Shown here: in pieces, positions 49,106 through 58,273 of the stretch
Position numbering within the stretch: the stretch's first letter is position 1
Layout of the letters: each line of letters begins with the position of its first letter
From: Candidatus Bathyarchaeia archaeon
GTDB lineage: Archaea > Thermoproteota > Bathyarchaeia > Bathyarchaeales > Bathycorpusculaceae
Length of the DNA stretch: 64,000 bases
Assembly: GCA_049520735.1 (NCBI GenBank)
Contig: JBEKPM010000001.1
Span: 22,510 to 86,509 of the forward strand
Direction of reading: 5' to 3'
Translations under genes and position numbers: made by a program
Notes under the pieces: model-generated
The model's database searches: none
What the model saw: only the letters and a program-made list of their open reading frames with translations
Told to the model about the DNA's origin: nothing

Positions 49106-50467
49106 TTGAGTTTGGTTAAGCTGGTTTTTTACGGTGGCGTTAATGAGATCGGCGGCAACAAGATTCTTTTGGAAGACAAAGGAACCAAAATCTTTCTGGA
49201 TTTCGGGCGGTCCTTTACTTTTGGTGAAGAGTTCTTCACAAGCTGGCTTCAACCAAGAGGCCTTAACGGTCTTGGAGACTACTTTGAGTTTGGTCTTCTG
49301 CCTAAGATAAGCGGTCTTTATTCAAAAGAAATGCTTGCTTCAACAAACCTTGCATACGCTGAACCTGAAATCGACTGCGTATTCCTTTCACATGCACACT
49401 CTGACCACATAACCCACATTGAGTTTTTAGATCCAGGTATTCCCGTTTGCATGGGTGTTGGAACTAAACTGTTCATGGAGTCGATGGAGGAAACAGGTTA
49501 CTTTGCTAATTACGGCGAACATCCTTGCAACAAATTTAGGACAGGGCACAAAATCAAAATCGATAACTTAACGATTGAACCGATTGCAGTTGACCACTCA
49601 ATTCCAGCAGCTTACGGCTTCATCATCCACACCTCGGAAGGTGCAGTTGTTTATACTGGAGACCTGAGACGACATGGCCCAAGAAAAGATCTCACAGAAA
49701 ACTTTCTTGAAAAAGCTAAAGAAATTGAGCCCACAGCGTTAATTTGTGAAGGAACCCGGATGGCGGTTAAGGAAACGAGACAAAACTATTCTGAACCACA
49801 GGTTAAACAACTCAGTGATAAGATAGTTGTTTCGACCGACAAAGCAGTATTCACCATGCATGCCAGCCGAGACATAGACAGGTTCAACAGCTTCTTTGAA
49901 GTTGCCAAGAAAAACAATAGAAAAATGGTAATTACACCAAAGACTGCTTATCTCCTCACCAAACTGTTGGGAGACGAGCATCTAAACGTTCCAGACCCGC
50001 TTAAAGATGATTGCATCCGTGTGTATTACAAGAAAAAAAAGTCGGGCACTTATGTCGAGAAGGACTATTTCCCTTGGGAACGCACATTCATGGATAAGAT
50101 GGTTGATGGCAAGTATGTTCACAAGAATCAAAGCAAACTCATAATGGACTTGGACTTCTACCAATTCGCTGAACTAATCGACATTAAACCCAAAGCAGGC
50201 AGCCACTTCATACACAGCATGAGCGAACCATTCAGCGAAGAAGACATCGAAGACCAAGCCATGCACAACTGGCTAAACCACTTCAAAATAAAATTCCACC
50301 AAGTCCACGCCTCAGGACACATGAGCAAAGACCAGTTGGTGGAAATGGTCAAAGACATTCAACCTAAGCAGGCGTTTCCAGTTCACACGGAGAATCAGCA
50401 GCTATTCAAAACTTATTGTAGCAATATGCAAAAAATCGAACAGGGAAAGGAGTATGTTCTGAAATAG
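49106..50467 (+). CDS. MBL-fold beta-CASP nuclease (RNase J-like)
   Basis: EIGGN, SHAHSDH, DHS, YTGD, EGT, HASGH, PVH. Confidence 0.9.
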   Translation: MSLVKLVFYGGVNEIGGNKILLEDKGTKIFLDFGRSFTFGEEFFTSWLQPRGLNGLGDYFEFGLLPKISGLYSKEMLASTNLAYAEPEIDCVFLSHAHSDHITHIEFLDPGIPVCMGVGTKLFMESMEETGYFANYGEHPCNKFRTGHKIKIDNLTIEPIAVDHSIPAAYGFIIHTSEGAVVYTGDLRRHGPRKDLTENFLEKAKEIEPTALICEGTRMAVKETRQNYSEPQVKQLSDKIVVSTDKAVFTMHASRDIDRFNSFFEVAKKNNRKMVITPKTAYLLTKLLGDEHLNVPDPLKDDCIRVYYKKKKSGTYVEKDYFPWERTFMDKMVDGKYVHKNQSKLIMDLDFYQFAELIDIKPKAGSHFIHSMSEPFSEEDIEDQAMHNWLNHFKIKFHQVHASGHMSKDQLVEMVKDIQPKQAFPVHTENQQLFKTYCSNMQKIEQGKEYVLK

Positions 50468-50480
50468 GTCATGCAGATGA

Positions 50481-51248
50481 TTAATTGCCGGATACGGTCC
50501 AGTTTGCCACATCAAGTTCATTTGGCTTAAAGCTCAAAGTGTCGGCAGCCTTGTTCGCGGCTTCTTCGATGATCAGGAATCCCAATTCTTTCAAATCTTC
50601 AACATCAATGCCCATCTTTTTAACCGAATTAATCCAGCGACTATCTATAGGTACCAATCTTGTGGAATAGCCAACATACATCAAGAAATGCGAAGCTTGC
50701 TTAAGTCCAAAGCCTTTCTCTACCGTTTGTAAGAAAGTTCTTCTTGCTTTTCTTTCTTCATCAATTTTTCCCGAAGGATGATCTTTTGAAATCTTCTTCA
50801 TTAATTCAACGAAATTTACACTTCTATTAGCTGCTATTTCGCTAGCCTTTCTTTTAGGGAATCTTACTCCGTATTTACGAAGTACAATCTCGATTCCGCC
50901 TTCAGGCTTCGCCCACAAGCGCTTTCTATACACTTCTGATCCTAGAAACTTCTGATAACTCTTCGAATCAGAATTCTGTTGTGAAGAGCATATGCATTCT
51001 ACCATAAAATCTAGGAAATCGGAATTATCCCATTTCTTCCAATAATCCTTTGGCGGTAACTTCTTGATATTTTTTTTAGCCTTACTGTCCAACATCGCTT
51101 TTTCAAAAAATTCTAAGTCTTTCTTGTCGAGCACTATCTCTGCACGCATATTATGACCCTCTATTCGTTGATGTGAAGCTTTTCTTTTTATCTTTTTGTG
51201 TTCTTTGTACTTTCCTAAGATTTCGGTTATTTGCGTGCGCTTATTCAC
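50481..51248 (-). CDS. HhH-type DNA glycosylase-like protein (OGG/AGOG-like)
   Basis: GVRFP.RKA, KGFGLKQASHFL, PIDSR, ELD..W. Confidence 0.7.
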   Translation of the reverse strand: MNKRTQITEILGKYKEHKKIKRKASHQRIEGHNMRAEIVLDKKDLEFFEKAMLDSKAKKNIKKLPPKDYWKKWDNSDFLDFMVECICSSQQNSDSKSYQKFLGSEVYRKRLWAKPEGGIEIVLRKYGVRFPKRKASEIAANRSVNFVELMKKISKDHPSGKIDEERKARRTFLQTVEKGFGLKQASHFLMYVGYSTRLVPIDSRWINSVKKMGIDVEDLKELGFLIIEEAANKAADTLSFKPNELDVANWTVSGN

Positions 51249-51377
51249 TTTTTTAGCATTTAAAGTGAAGCTTTAGCGGAAGCTCTGGCATATCGAATCA
51301 CCAAAAATTCAGGACATAATAAGACAGAAAAGAAAAGAAGGCTGGAAGCTGCCTGACGTTTAGGAACTCCGTTTAAT

Positions 51378-51680
51378 TTAGTGAGCGAAGATGACTGCAA
51401 TTTTAGAAATTAACCTAACCGACCCAGAAATAGCAAAACCCCTTACAGACGCAATTAAAAAAATAGCCAAAGGATCCTTCAAGCTAGAATCACTAGAATG
51501 GACGCAGAATATTCCCTCTGGTTTGAAGTAGATGTCTGCTATCATGTGGCGTTTGCGGTCGGTTATTCTTGCGCCGTCTGGGTCGATGTTGAAATGTTCA
51601 AAACTGGGCATTTCTGAATTTTTGTAGCGAGTTAGAAGTTCTCGTGTCGGTATGGGTAGCGCTATCTCATTAGTTTCCAC
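51378..51680 (-). pseudogene. Chimeric gene fragments at the island/element junction
   Basis: Minus-strand PSFEHFNIDPDGARITDR...IYFKPEGIFC runs head-on into a plus-strand fragment MTAILEINLTDPEIAKPL. Confidence 0.45.
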
Positions 51681-51750
51681 CGCAGTTTCTAGACAGTTGG
51701 CTGCGGGAACTGAAAAAACAAAAAAAGAAAAGGGAAAGTTGGGGGTTGGC

Positions 51751-52794
51751 TTACTGGTTAATCAGTACGCTGCTTGTGATCGGTGAGACTGCTACGCCGT
51801 TCATGTCTTGGCCGTAGATTGTTAGCGTCGCCTGAATGGTGTCTGTGTAGCTTAGGGTTGTTTGTACTTCAGTGGTGAATGGGAACTGGTTCAGTTGGTT
51901 GCTGCTAAGTGTCAGATAGTCCGCTGCGGATGGGTTGTAGGGTGTTACCGCCCAGGTCCAGTACATGGTTGTGGCGCCGATTGTTGGTGCACCAAGGCTG
52001 CTGCCGCTCAGGTACCCGACTGCCTGCGAAGTGCCGGAACTAGTGAGCTGCATGCCGGGGATGTTGATCTGCATCAGGTTGATCTGTGTGGTGTCTGTGG
52101 TGTTAAGGGTTAATGTGACTTTGGTTACTGCGAAGCCTGTTCCGGCGGCGCTGAAGGTTGCTTGCCACTGTAGGTACTGGGTAGTTGCGCCTGTGCCGAT
52201 GCCGCTTATGTCGCTAAGAGTGCTAAGGGAAGGGGTCGCGTAGGGTATGAAGTACGGGTAGAAGGTTAACAGTGATTGGCCGTTGCTGTTGACTGGGAGG
52301 CCTTGAACGGTGATTTTGAAGACGAAGTGTGGGTAGCCGCTGTTAGCTATGTCGAAGTAGCTGTAGCTGACGACGCATGGGTTGTCTTTAACGGTTGTTG
52401 CCGCGTCAATGTAGATGCTTTGTCCGCTTGCCGGGTACACGCAGGCGTAGACGTAGCCGTTGTCTGAGGCTATAGTTGTGATTGTCGCGGATCCTGATCC
52501 TGTGCCCAAGGGCACGTAGTTGCCGTTTCTTAGGCTGTAGTATGCAATGATGTAGTTGGTTGTGTCCACGTAGCTGGTTGCGATGTTTAGGCTGCTGTAT
52601 CCTTTGTCGCTGACTACGACTTGGCTCTGCGCTGAGCCAATAGGCGGCGGTGTTGGCTTCGATGAACTAGATGAACTGGAGCTTGCTAAGTTAAGCCAAT
52701 CGGGTTTAACTGCGTCCATGACGCCGACGAATCCTACGATTCCGACTACTAGAACTAATAATGCTGCGAGTGCTGCTTTTTTCCATTGTTTCAA
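51751..52794 (-). CDS. N-terminally anchored beta-rich secreted protein
   Basis: N-terminal TM, poly-Ser linker, T/S/Y-rich beta domains. Confidence 0.8.
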   Translation of the reverse strand: MKQWKKAALAALLVLVVGIVGFVGVMDAVKPDWLNLASSSSSSSSKPTPPPIGSAQSQVVVSDKGYSSLNIATSYVDTTNYIIAYYSLRNGNYVPLGTGSGSATITTIASDNGYVYACVYPASGQSIYIDAATTVKDNPCVVSYSYFDIANSGYPHFVFKITVQGLPVNSNGQSLLTFYPYFIPYATPSLSTLSDISGIGTGATTQYLQWQATFSAAGTGFAVTKVTLTLNTTDTTQINLMQINIPGMQLTSSGTSQAVGYLSGSSLGAPTIGATTMYWTWAVTPYNPSAADYLTLSSNQLNQFPFTTEVQTTLSYTDTIQATLTIYGQDMNGVAVSPITSSVLINQ

Positions 52795-52853
52795 TTCAAA
52801 TTCCTCTAAGAGAAAAACTATAAAATAATATAAAACAAAAAAAGGTGGGAGAG

Positions 52854-53333
52854 TTAACGCCTATGTTTTTTCTTTTTCTTCAGTATGATTACGGCGGCAA
52901 GGATTACTGCGCCTGCGAAAACTAGGATTCCGCCGAAGACTTGGGGTGTCATGATGAAAGAGACTGTTTTGCCTTCTAGGCTCATTTGGCCGACTGTTAC
53001 TGAGGGGTTGCTGCTGATGAACTGCGCTGGCGCCAGCATCGTTAAGAGTTTGATGTGGTCGGTGCCCCAGCCCCAGAGAAAGGCGATTAACAGAAACAGT
53101 GCTGCTGCGGGGTAAGCCCAGAGACTTTTGAAGACGCCGAATAAACTTGCGAACCACAGTACGCCGACGGCTGCCAAAGTGTAAATTACTGCGCTGACTA
53201 AGCCTAAAGCGTATAATGCTACTGCTCCGATAACGAAGACTAAGCCTACGATGATCAATGTGGGGACCACGCCGAGAACCGTTATTGCGGTTGTTCCGCC
53301 TGCAACGCCTAAATCACTTAAAGACCAACCCAT
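52854..53333 (-). CDS. Multi-TM membrane protein with poly-Lys tail
   Basis: About 4 TM helices; ends LKKKKKHRR; AGGTGA RBS. Confidence 0.8.
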   Translation of the reverse strand: MGWSLSDLGVAGGTTAITVLGVVPTLIIVGLVFVIGAVALYALGLVSAVIYTLAAVGVLWFASLFGVFKSLWAYPAAALFLLIAFLWGWGTDHIKLLTMLAPAQFISSNPSVTVGQMSLEGKTVSFIMTPQVFGGILVFAGAVILAAVIILKKKKKHRR

Positions 53334-53397
53334 TTCTTGTCACCTAAGAGAAAAACGGGAACTTTGCTTCTTTTGGAATTCTTCTTTTGATGGAGAC

Positions 53398-53931
53398 ATG
53401 GTCAGAATCAGGTACAGGCCAGTCAATGTTCACGCGGTAATGGCTGCCGTTGTAATCGGCTTAGCCGTTTGCATCGCAGTAACGGCTGTTCTCGATTATG
53501 TGGTGCTTTCTTGGGTGATCGGAATCGGTTATCAGCCGAACGCACTCTACGGTGAATGCTTAACCGCTGAAATGCTAGCGTTCGGCGGTTTCGGCGCTGT
53601 GCTCCTCAAGCTTTCGATACCGGGGCAGGAAGGAAACACGTTGGCTCTCGCGGTCTTCATCACCTGCCTGTTCTTTGTCTTCGGAAACCTTGAAGACTGG
53701 CTTTACTTCATCGTTGGAACTGTTTTCTTTCACGGTCCCTTTCCAAGCATAAACCTTCAGTGGGCGTGGATGCTTGAAGCCACTGGCGTATTCGGTTTGC
53801 CTTCAGTAAGCAGTCTCGTCGGTTTCCATGGATCTTGGACAACCCTTAACCAAGCAGTCTGGAGCATTCTATGGTTATTTGTTGCGTTGCCAGTCGCCCT
53901 TGTAGCTATCTTTAAAGTCCTGAAAAAATAA
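53398..53931 (+). CDS. Multi-TM membrane protein (divergent orientation)
   Basis: Likely start MVRIRY at 53398 after GGAGA; LEDWLYF motif. Confidence 0.7.
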   Translation: MVRIRYRPVNVHAVMAAVVIGLAVCIAVTAVLDYVVLSWVIGIGYQPNALYGECLTAEMLAFGGFGAVLLKLSIPGQEGNTLALAVFITCLFFVFGNLEDWLYFIVGTVFFHGPFPSINLQWAWMLEATGVFGLPSVSSLVGFHGSWTTLNQAVWSILWLFVALPVALVAIFKVLKK

Positions 53932-53940
53932 AAAATAAGG

Positions 53941-54255
53941 TTACTTCACGAGGACTAAGCCGATTATGCCTGCTATGAATGGCCAGAAAGCTGTAAATAT
54001 GCCGTTGAGCAGCCAGGCTGCGAAGTTGCTTAACAGAAAAGTGTGGCCTACCAGATGCGGCGTCAACAGCGAAAGCGGATTCCAAAGCCAAGTCAAATTG
54101 CTGATTAACCAAGGGTGCCAGATTCCCCAGTTGTTAAGTAACGCGACGGCCGCGTAGATTAGGATAATGACGCCGATGGCCCTGAGGTTGTTGCCTTTCC
54201 CTTTTTGGGGTTGCTGAGGCTGCGGTTTCTTGGCTTTAGTTCTGGACGTGTTCAT
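53941..54255 (-). CDS. Small membrane protein with basic N-terminus
   Basis: Basic/Gln N-tail, TM helices, Trp-rich loop. Confidence 0.75.
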   Translation of the reverse strand: MNTSRTKAKKPQPQQPQKGKGNNLRAIGVIILIYAAVALLNNWGIWHPWLISNLTWLWNPLSLLTPHLVGHTFLLSNFAAWLLNGIFTAFWPFIAGIIGLVLVK

Positions 54256-54286
54256 ACAAAAGAGAAAAACAAGAAAAAGAGGAGGT

Positions 54287-55909
54287 TTAGCTGAGTTTTC
54301 TGCTGATGGCTATGGTTGCTGCACCTGCAGCTGTCAATATTGCCCCTGCAGCAGCCGTAAGTTCCTTGTCGAGCACTGTCAATGTGAAGCTGCTGCTTGG
54401 AGCGACAGTTGCTGTCGGTGTTGGGGTTGGCGATCCGCTTGGTGGCGGTGTTGGGCTGTTGGGTGTTGAAGTTATGAAGCTGGCTGTTAAAGCGGTGTTG
54501 CCGTTCACTGTGAAAGTGTAGGAGGCGCTGCTTGACGATGCTGCTCCGTTGTTGGTCCATCCGCTGAAGCTGTAGCCTGCCTGTGCGTAGGCCTGCACTG
54601 TGATTACGTCGCCTGGTTGGAAGCTGAAGGTGCTTGGGAAACTTGTGTAGCTTGTTGAGGCGCCGTTTGTATCCTGCATCGCGATTCTTGCGCATTCCAT
54701 TGGGTTAGCGTTTAACGTCAGAGTCAATGTGTTGGGTCCGCTGGACGGTGTAGGCGTTGTTGAAGGCGGAATCCACGGCGTCGGCGTAGGAGTTAATGCC
54801 GGCAGAGTGGGGGTTGGTGTTGGTGTCGTCTGCGGCGTCGGCGTAGGTGTGCTGCCTAGAGGCGTCGCTGTGGGAGTCGGGGTCGGCTGAACCTGGACGA
54901 AGGTTGCGGTGTATGATGTGTCTGCAGTCGATGCGGTCCATGTTTCCGATGCCGCTGTGGAGCCGCCGTTCCAGCCGGTGAATTGCCACTGGGTCGTGTC
55001 CGAGTACTCCTGCAGAGTAACTGTGGTTCCCGGCGTGTACATGTAGCTGGTTGTGCCCTGGTTTGCTTGTTCGCTGCCTTTGGTTGCCTGGTCCGCGGTG
55101 TCTGCGGGGGTGAGAACTACCCAGCCGCCTCCGATCACAGTCACTGTTAACTCGCCCTGCTGGCTGAAGACGGCTTTAACGGTTTCTGGGCCGCTCAGCG
55201 TGGTTGAGTAAACGTTGCCTCCCTGTATGGATCCGTCTGGGAGAATCCAGCCTTGGAAAACATAGTTGGGTGCCGCTGTTTCTTTCATGTCTACTTGCGT
55301 GTACTGTTGAATCTGGAAAGTCTCTGTTTCGCCGCCGCCGACGGATCCGAGCGAGCCCGGCGCTGTGGTGCCGCCGGTTGAGGAATAAAGCAGCACGTTG
55401 CCGCCTGCCGTTGCTTCCACGGTTAAAGCTTCGTTTACGGGTGGCGTATTCACGGTTACTGTGCTGACGCCGCTTAACATGCCGACTGATGGGCCGCCGT
55501 AGATAGCGCTGATTTGGTACTCGACTGTGTGGGTGCCTGCTGAATTGAAGGTTAACGTGAACCAGCCCTGGTTATTGTCGCCGCCGCTGTCTGCGTATGT
55601 GACGCCGCTTGTTGTGCTGCCTAATTCGGAACCGTCAATCCAGATCGAGGTTAATATGGCGTATCCGGGGCTTAGCGGTGTTGATGGAAAAGGCGGGGTG
55701 ATTGTGTAGCTAAAGTTTACTGTGTCGCTTACGTTGATGGTTGGTGCTGTAGGGTTGAAGATCATTGAGTAAGCTGACAGTTGGCCGCTGCCGTTGAACA
55801 AGTCGAGTTTAGGCGCTTTCAGGTACGCGTAGGATGCGCCGGCGATCAATGCGATGCCGAGCAGCATCATCACTGCGCCGGTCAACGCGATTTTGCTTTT
55901 GGTCTTCGT
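54287..55909 (-). CDS. Surface protein with PKD-like domain, InlB-B-like repeats and PT linkers
   Basis: YVFQGW, WQFTGWN, GYSFSGWT repeats; PTPTPT linkers; N- and C-terminal hydrophobic segments; probable ACG start at 55909 (track start 55885). Confidence 0.8.
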   Translation of the reverse strand, partial: TKTKSKIALTGAVMMLLGIALIAGASYAYLKAPKLDLFNGSGQLSAYSMIFNPTAPTINVSDTVNFSYTITPPFPSTPLSPGYAILTSIWIDGSELGSTTSGVTYADSGGDNNQGWFTLTFNSAGTHTVEYQISAIYGGPSVGMLSGVSTVTVNTPPVNEALTVEATAGGNVLLYSSTGGTTAPGSLGSVGGGETETFQIQQYTQVDMKETAAPNYVFQGWILPDGSIQGGNVYSTTLSGPETVKAVFSQQGELTVTVIGGGWVVLTPADTADQATKGSEQANQGTTSYMYTPGTTVTLQEYSDTTQWQFTGWNGGSTAASETWTASTADTSYTATFVQVQPTPTPTATPLGSTPTPTPQTTPTPTPTLPALTPTPTPWIPPSTTPTPSSGPNTLTLTLNANPMECARIAMQDTNGASTSYTSFPSTFSFQPGDVITVQAYAQAGYSFSGWTNNGAASSSSASYTFTVNGNTALTASFITSTPNSPTPPPSGSPTPTPTATVAPSSSFTLTVLDKELTAAAGAILTAAGAATIAISRKLS

Positions 55910-55911
55910 GT

Positions 55912-57885
55912 TTAGCGCCTCCGCTTCTTTGCGTGTTTCATTGCGTATGCCAGAACTGCCACAACCGCAATTACCGCGGCAATCAACCCTATGATTATGG
56001 CGATTAGGATCCAGTTTGTGCCTGCTTTGTTTGGGGTGCTTCCCATGGTGATTGTGAGGCTGTTAGGTCCGGGGTTAACGGTGTCGGTGATGTACTGCGC
56101 TGGGTACGCGGGGGTTTTCGCCGTCGCCGCTATAGCTGCCGCGTCGATCTGTACTTGGCCGCTGTAGCCGCCTCCAGCTGAAGTGCTAAGCGTAACGACT
56201 GCGTTGCCATCAGAATCCGTGTACGCCGTGAGGGTTTGCCCGTTAGATGGTGGCCATTCAAGGTTCAAGGCTTCAGCCACTATTGGCGAATGCGCGGTAG
56301 AATTGTCCTGCACGTGGATCGACAAAGTTGTGGTTAGGCTGCTGCCGACGGTCGCTGCGAAGGTGCAGTAGACGGTATCGTGCTCCATTAATGTGCCGCT
56401 GTATGTTTCGTAGCTGTCGATGTTTATGGCTATGGGGTTCGCTGCGGTGCCGTCTGGTTGAGATCCGCCTGCCTGCGCGACGGTGAACTCTATTGTTTGG
56501 GTTGCGCCCGGCGCCAGTGTTTCCGTGGTCTGTGACGGGTAGATTTCGGCCCGTGGATCCGTGCTGTTAACGGTGATGAGTGCGCTGCTGGTAACGGAGG
56601 ATTTCTGGGTTAAGTCAACTTCCAAAGTTGCTTGGGCACCGATGTTTAGAAGTGTTTTTTCGCCGTTGCGTTGCCAGTAGCCGTCGACTGCTACGTCGCT
56701 GATTTGTGGTCTTTCAACGAAGGTATCTGCCATCTCAACGGGGATTCTGATGTTAACCAGTGGAGTTGCGTAGGCTCCCCATGGGATATCTACTTGGAGT
56801 GCTGCTTCGCCGTTTGTGTCGGTGACCAGCTGATAGTTTGGGTATTCGCTGAGGACGCCGCTGCCATAGGCTGCCAAGTTGCTTATGTCCTGGCTCTGCA
56901 GCCACTCAGTTAAGCTGAGGAAACTGCGTTTGTCGCTGGGCAATGTGCCTTTGTCGCTGCTGTAGAGAACCGGTTGAACCGGCGATACGTTGCCGCCTGA
57001 ATCTGATCCTTCCCAGCCACCGTACTGTGACGGAAGATACACGTTGCCGATGCCGAAAGTAGGGCTGATTATTGTCGGGTCATAAGCCACGTTAGCTGAG
57101 GTTCTTGCTGTTCCGTACCAGTAGTCACTGTAGATTTTTGCGTTTGCCCCTGCAACTGGGCCAGGCGTAGTGCAGTCAATGTAGCTTTGAATCACGCCCC
57201 AATCGTAAACGTAGTTGTTGTTGAGGATGCAGATCTGCGAAGGCAAATCTGGAGGACCGGCATATATTCCTGTTAAGCCGCCAAGGTTATCGATGAGTAT
57301 GTCTCCGTCGTTTGTCTGTATAGTCTGGGCGTTGCCGCTGTTACCCTGCGTATTCAACGTTGCCGTGCCGATTACGTTGCCGTTCTGCTTAACCGTCACC
57401 TGATAGGGCGTGTAGACTTCCCACGGCCCGTTCCAGGCGTAGTAGGTTGTGGTTGCGGCGGAAGCTGGCGTGGAGCCTGTGCTGCCCTGCGCTGCGGGAG
57501 CATAGGTCATTTGTTGCACCTGCAAGTCACGGATAAAATAGGGCTGCAGCGGCGTAATGTCGACTTCGACGGATGCTGTGTTTGTGACTTCCTGGTTGAT
57601 GCCGGCTACGGTTGTTGCGGCTGCGGTGCCGTTTGGAAGCAGAAAACCCTGCATGACGTCGGCGGAATCCACTGCGCCAAGCAAGTTCCAGTAGACGCCT
57701 GTGAGTGCTCCGTTGCTGCCTACTGAAGCACCCTGCGGGTCCACGGTGATTTGGCTCAGTGAAACGAGACTAAGGCTGCTTGGCAAATGGAAAAGCCCGG
57801 GGTCCTCTACTATGGTTACTACGAGAGATGCTGCAATTAAAATAATGGCTGCTGCCGCTAATGCTTTTTTTAGTGAGTTTTTCAA
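55912..57885 (-). CDS. Type I membrane protein, candidate fusexin (Fsx1/HAP2-like class II fusogen)
   Basis: Signal/TM, about 590-aa beta-rich ectodomain, C-terminal TM plus KKRRR; order of segments resembles archaeal Fsx1 as recalled; CDS is secure, family call unverified. Confidence 0.6.
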   Translation of the reverse strand: MKNSLKKALAAAAIILIAASLVVTIVEDPGLFHLPSSLSLVSLSQITVDPQGASVGSNGALTGVYWNLLGAVDSADVMQGFLLPNGTAAATTVAGINQEVTNTASVEVDITPLQPYFIRDLQVQQMTYAPAAQGSTGSTPASAATTTYYAWNGPWEVYTPYQVTVKQNGNVIGTATLNTQGNSGNAQTIQTNDGDILIDNLGGLTGIYAGPPDLPSQICILNNNYVYDWGVIQSYIDCTTPGPVAGANAKIYSDYWYGTARTSANVAYDPTIISPTFGIGNVYLPSQYGGWEGSDSGGNVSPVQPVLYSSDKGTLPSDKRSFLSLTEWLQSQDISNLAAYGSGVLSEYPNYQLVTDTNGEAALQVDIPWGAYATPLVNIRIPVEMADTFVERPQISDVAVDGYWQRNGEKTLLNIGAQATLEVDLTQKSSVTSSALITVNSTDPRAEIYPSQTTETLAPGATQTIEFTVAQAGGSQPDGTAANPIAINIDSYETYSGTLMEHDTVYCTFAATVGSSLTTTLSIHVQDNSTAHSPIVAEALNLEWPPSNGQTLTAYTDSDGNAVVTLSTSAGGGYSGQVQIDAAAIAATAKTPAYPAQYITDTVNPGPNSLTITMGSTPNKAGTNWILIAIIIGLIAAVIAVVAVLAYAMKHAKKRRR

Positions 57886-57962
57886 TTTAAACGCCTCTTA
57901 AGAGAAAAAAGCAGAGAATTTTGTTTTTTCTTTTGGAGCATTTCTTCCTGTTCTCCTTTGAT

Positions 57963-58037
57963 TGGAAGCAGGTAACCTTAAAAGGGCGGGGCGTCCGCGG
58001 GGATTGCAACCACGGCCTGCACTGGGCTCGGCTTCCA
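57963..58037 (-). ncRNA. Candidate structured RNA upstream of the fusexin-like gene
   Basis: GC-rich island closed by TGGAAGC/GCTTCCA stem; internal CCGTGG/CCGCGG hairpin; AT-rich TATA-like tract just upstream. Confidence 0.35.
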
Positions 58038-58096
58038 GTTATTGTTTACATAAAATTTTTAAAATATTGAAAAACAAAAAAAGAAGGAGAGGAAAG

Positions 58097-58273
58097 CTAT
58101 TTCTCGTAGTCTCCGACGTTGCCGTATCCGGGTTTTGTTGGGTGACATTCAGCTTTTTGACGCATGTCTGCGCGAATACTTTTGCCGATGTTAGTGAATT
58201 TGCTGAATTCGCCGTTCTTCCTTCGTGAGGCATAATAGCCTGGGGCATGTTTGGTTTTTCCTCTTGGAGGCAT
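58097..58273 (-). CDS. 58-aa basic protein (missed by ORF track)
   Basis: MPPRGKTKHAPGYYASRRKNGEFSKFTNIGKSIRADMRQKAECHPTKPGYGNVGDYEK*; preceded by the element's pre-gene motif, followed by a T-tract. Confidence 0.75.
   Translation of the reverse strand: MPPRGKTKHAPGYYASRRKNGEFSKFTNIGKSIRADMRQKAECHPTKPGYGNVGDYEK

Noticed and set aside
57975-58015. Cobalamin riboswitch
   Set aside because: Only a loose resemblance around the T-loop hairpin; the conserved GGGAA and B12-box elements were not found
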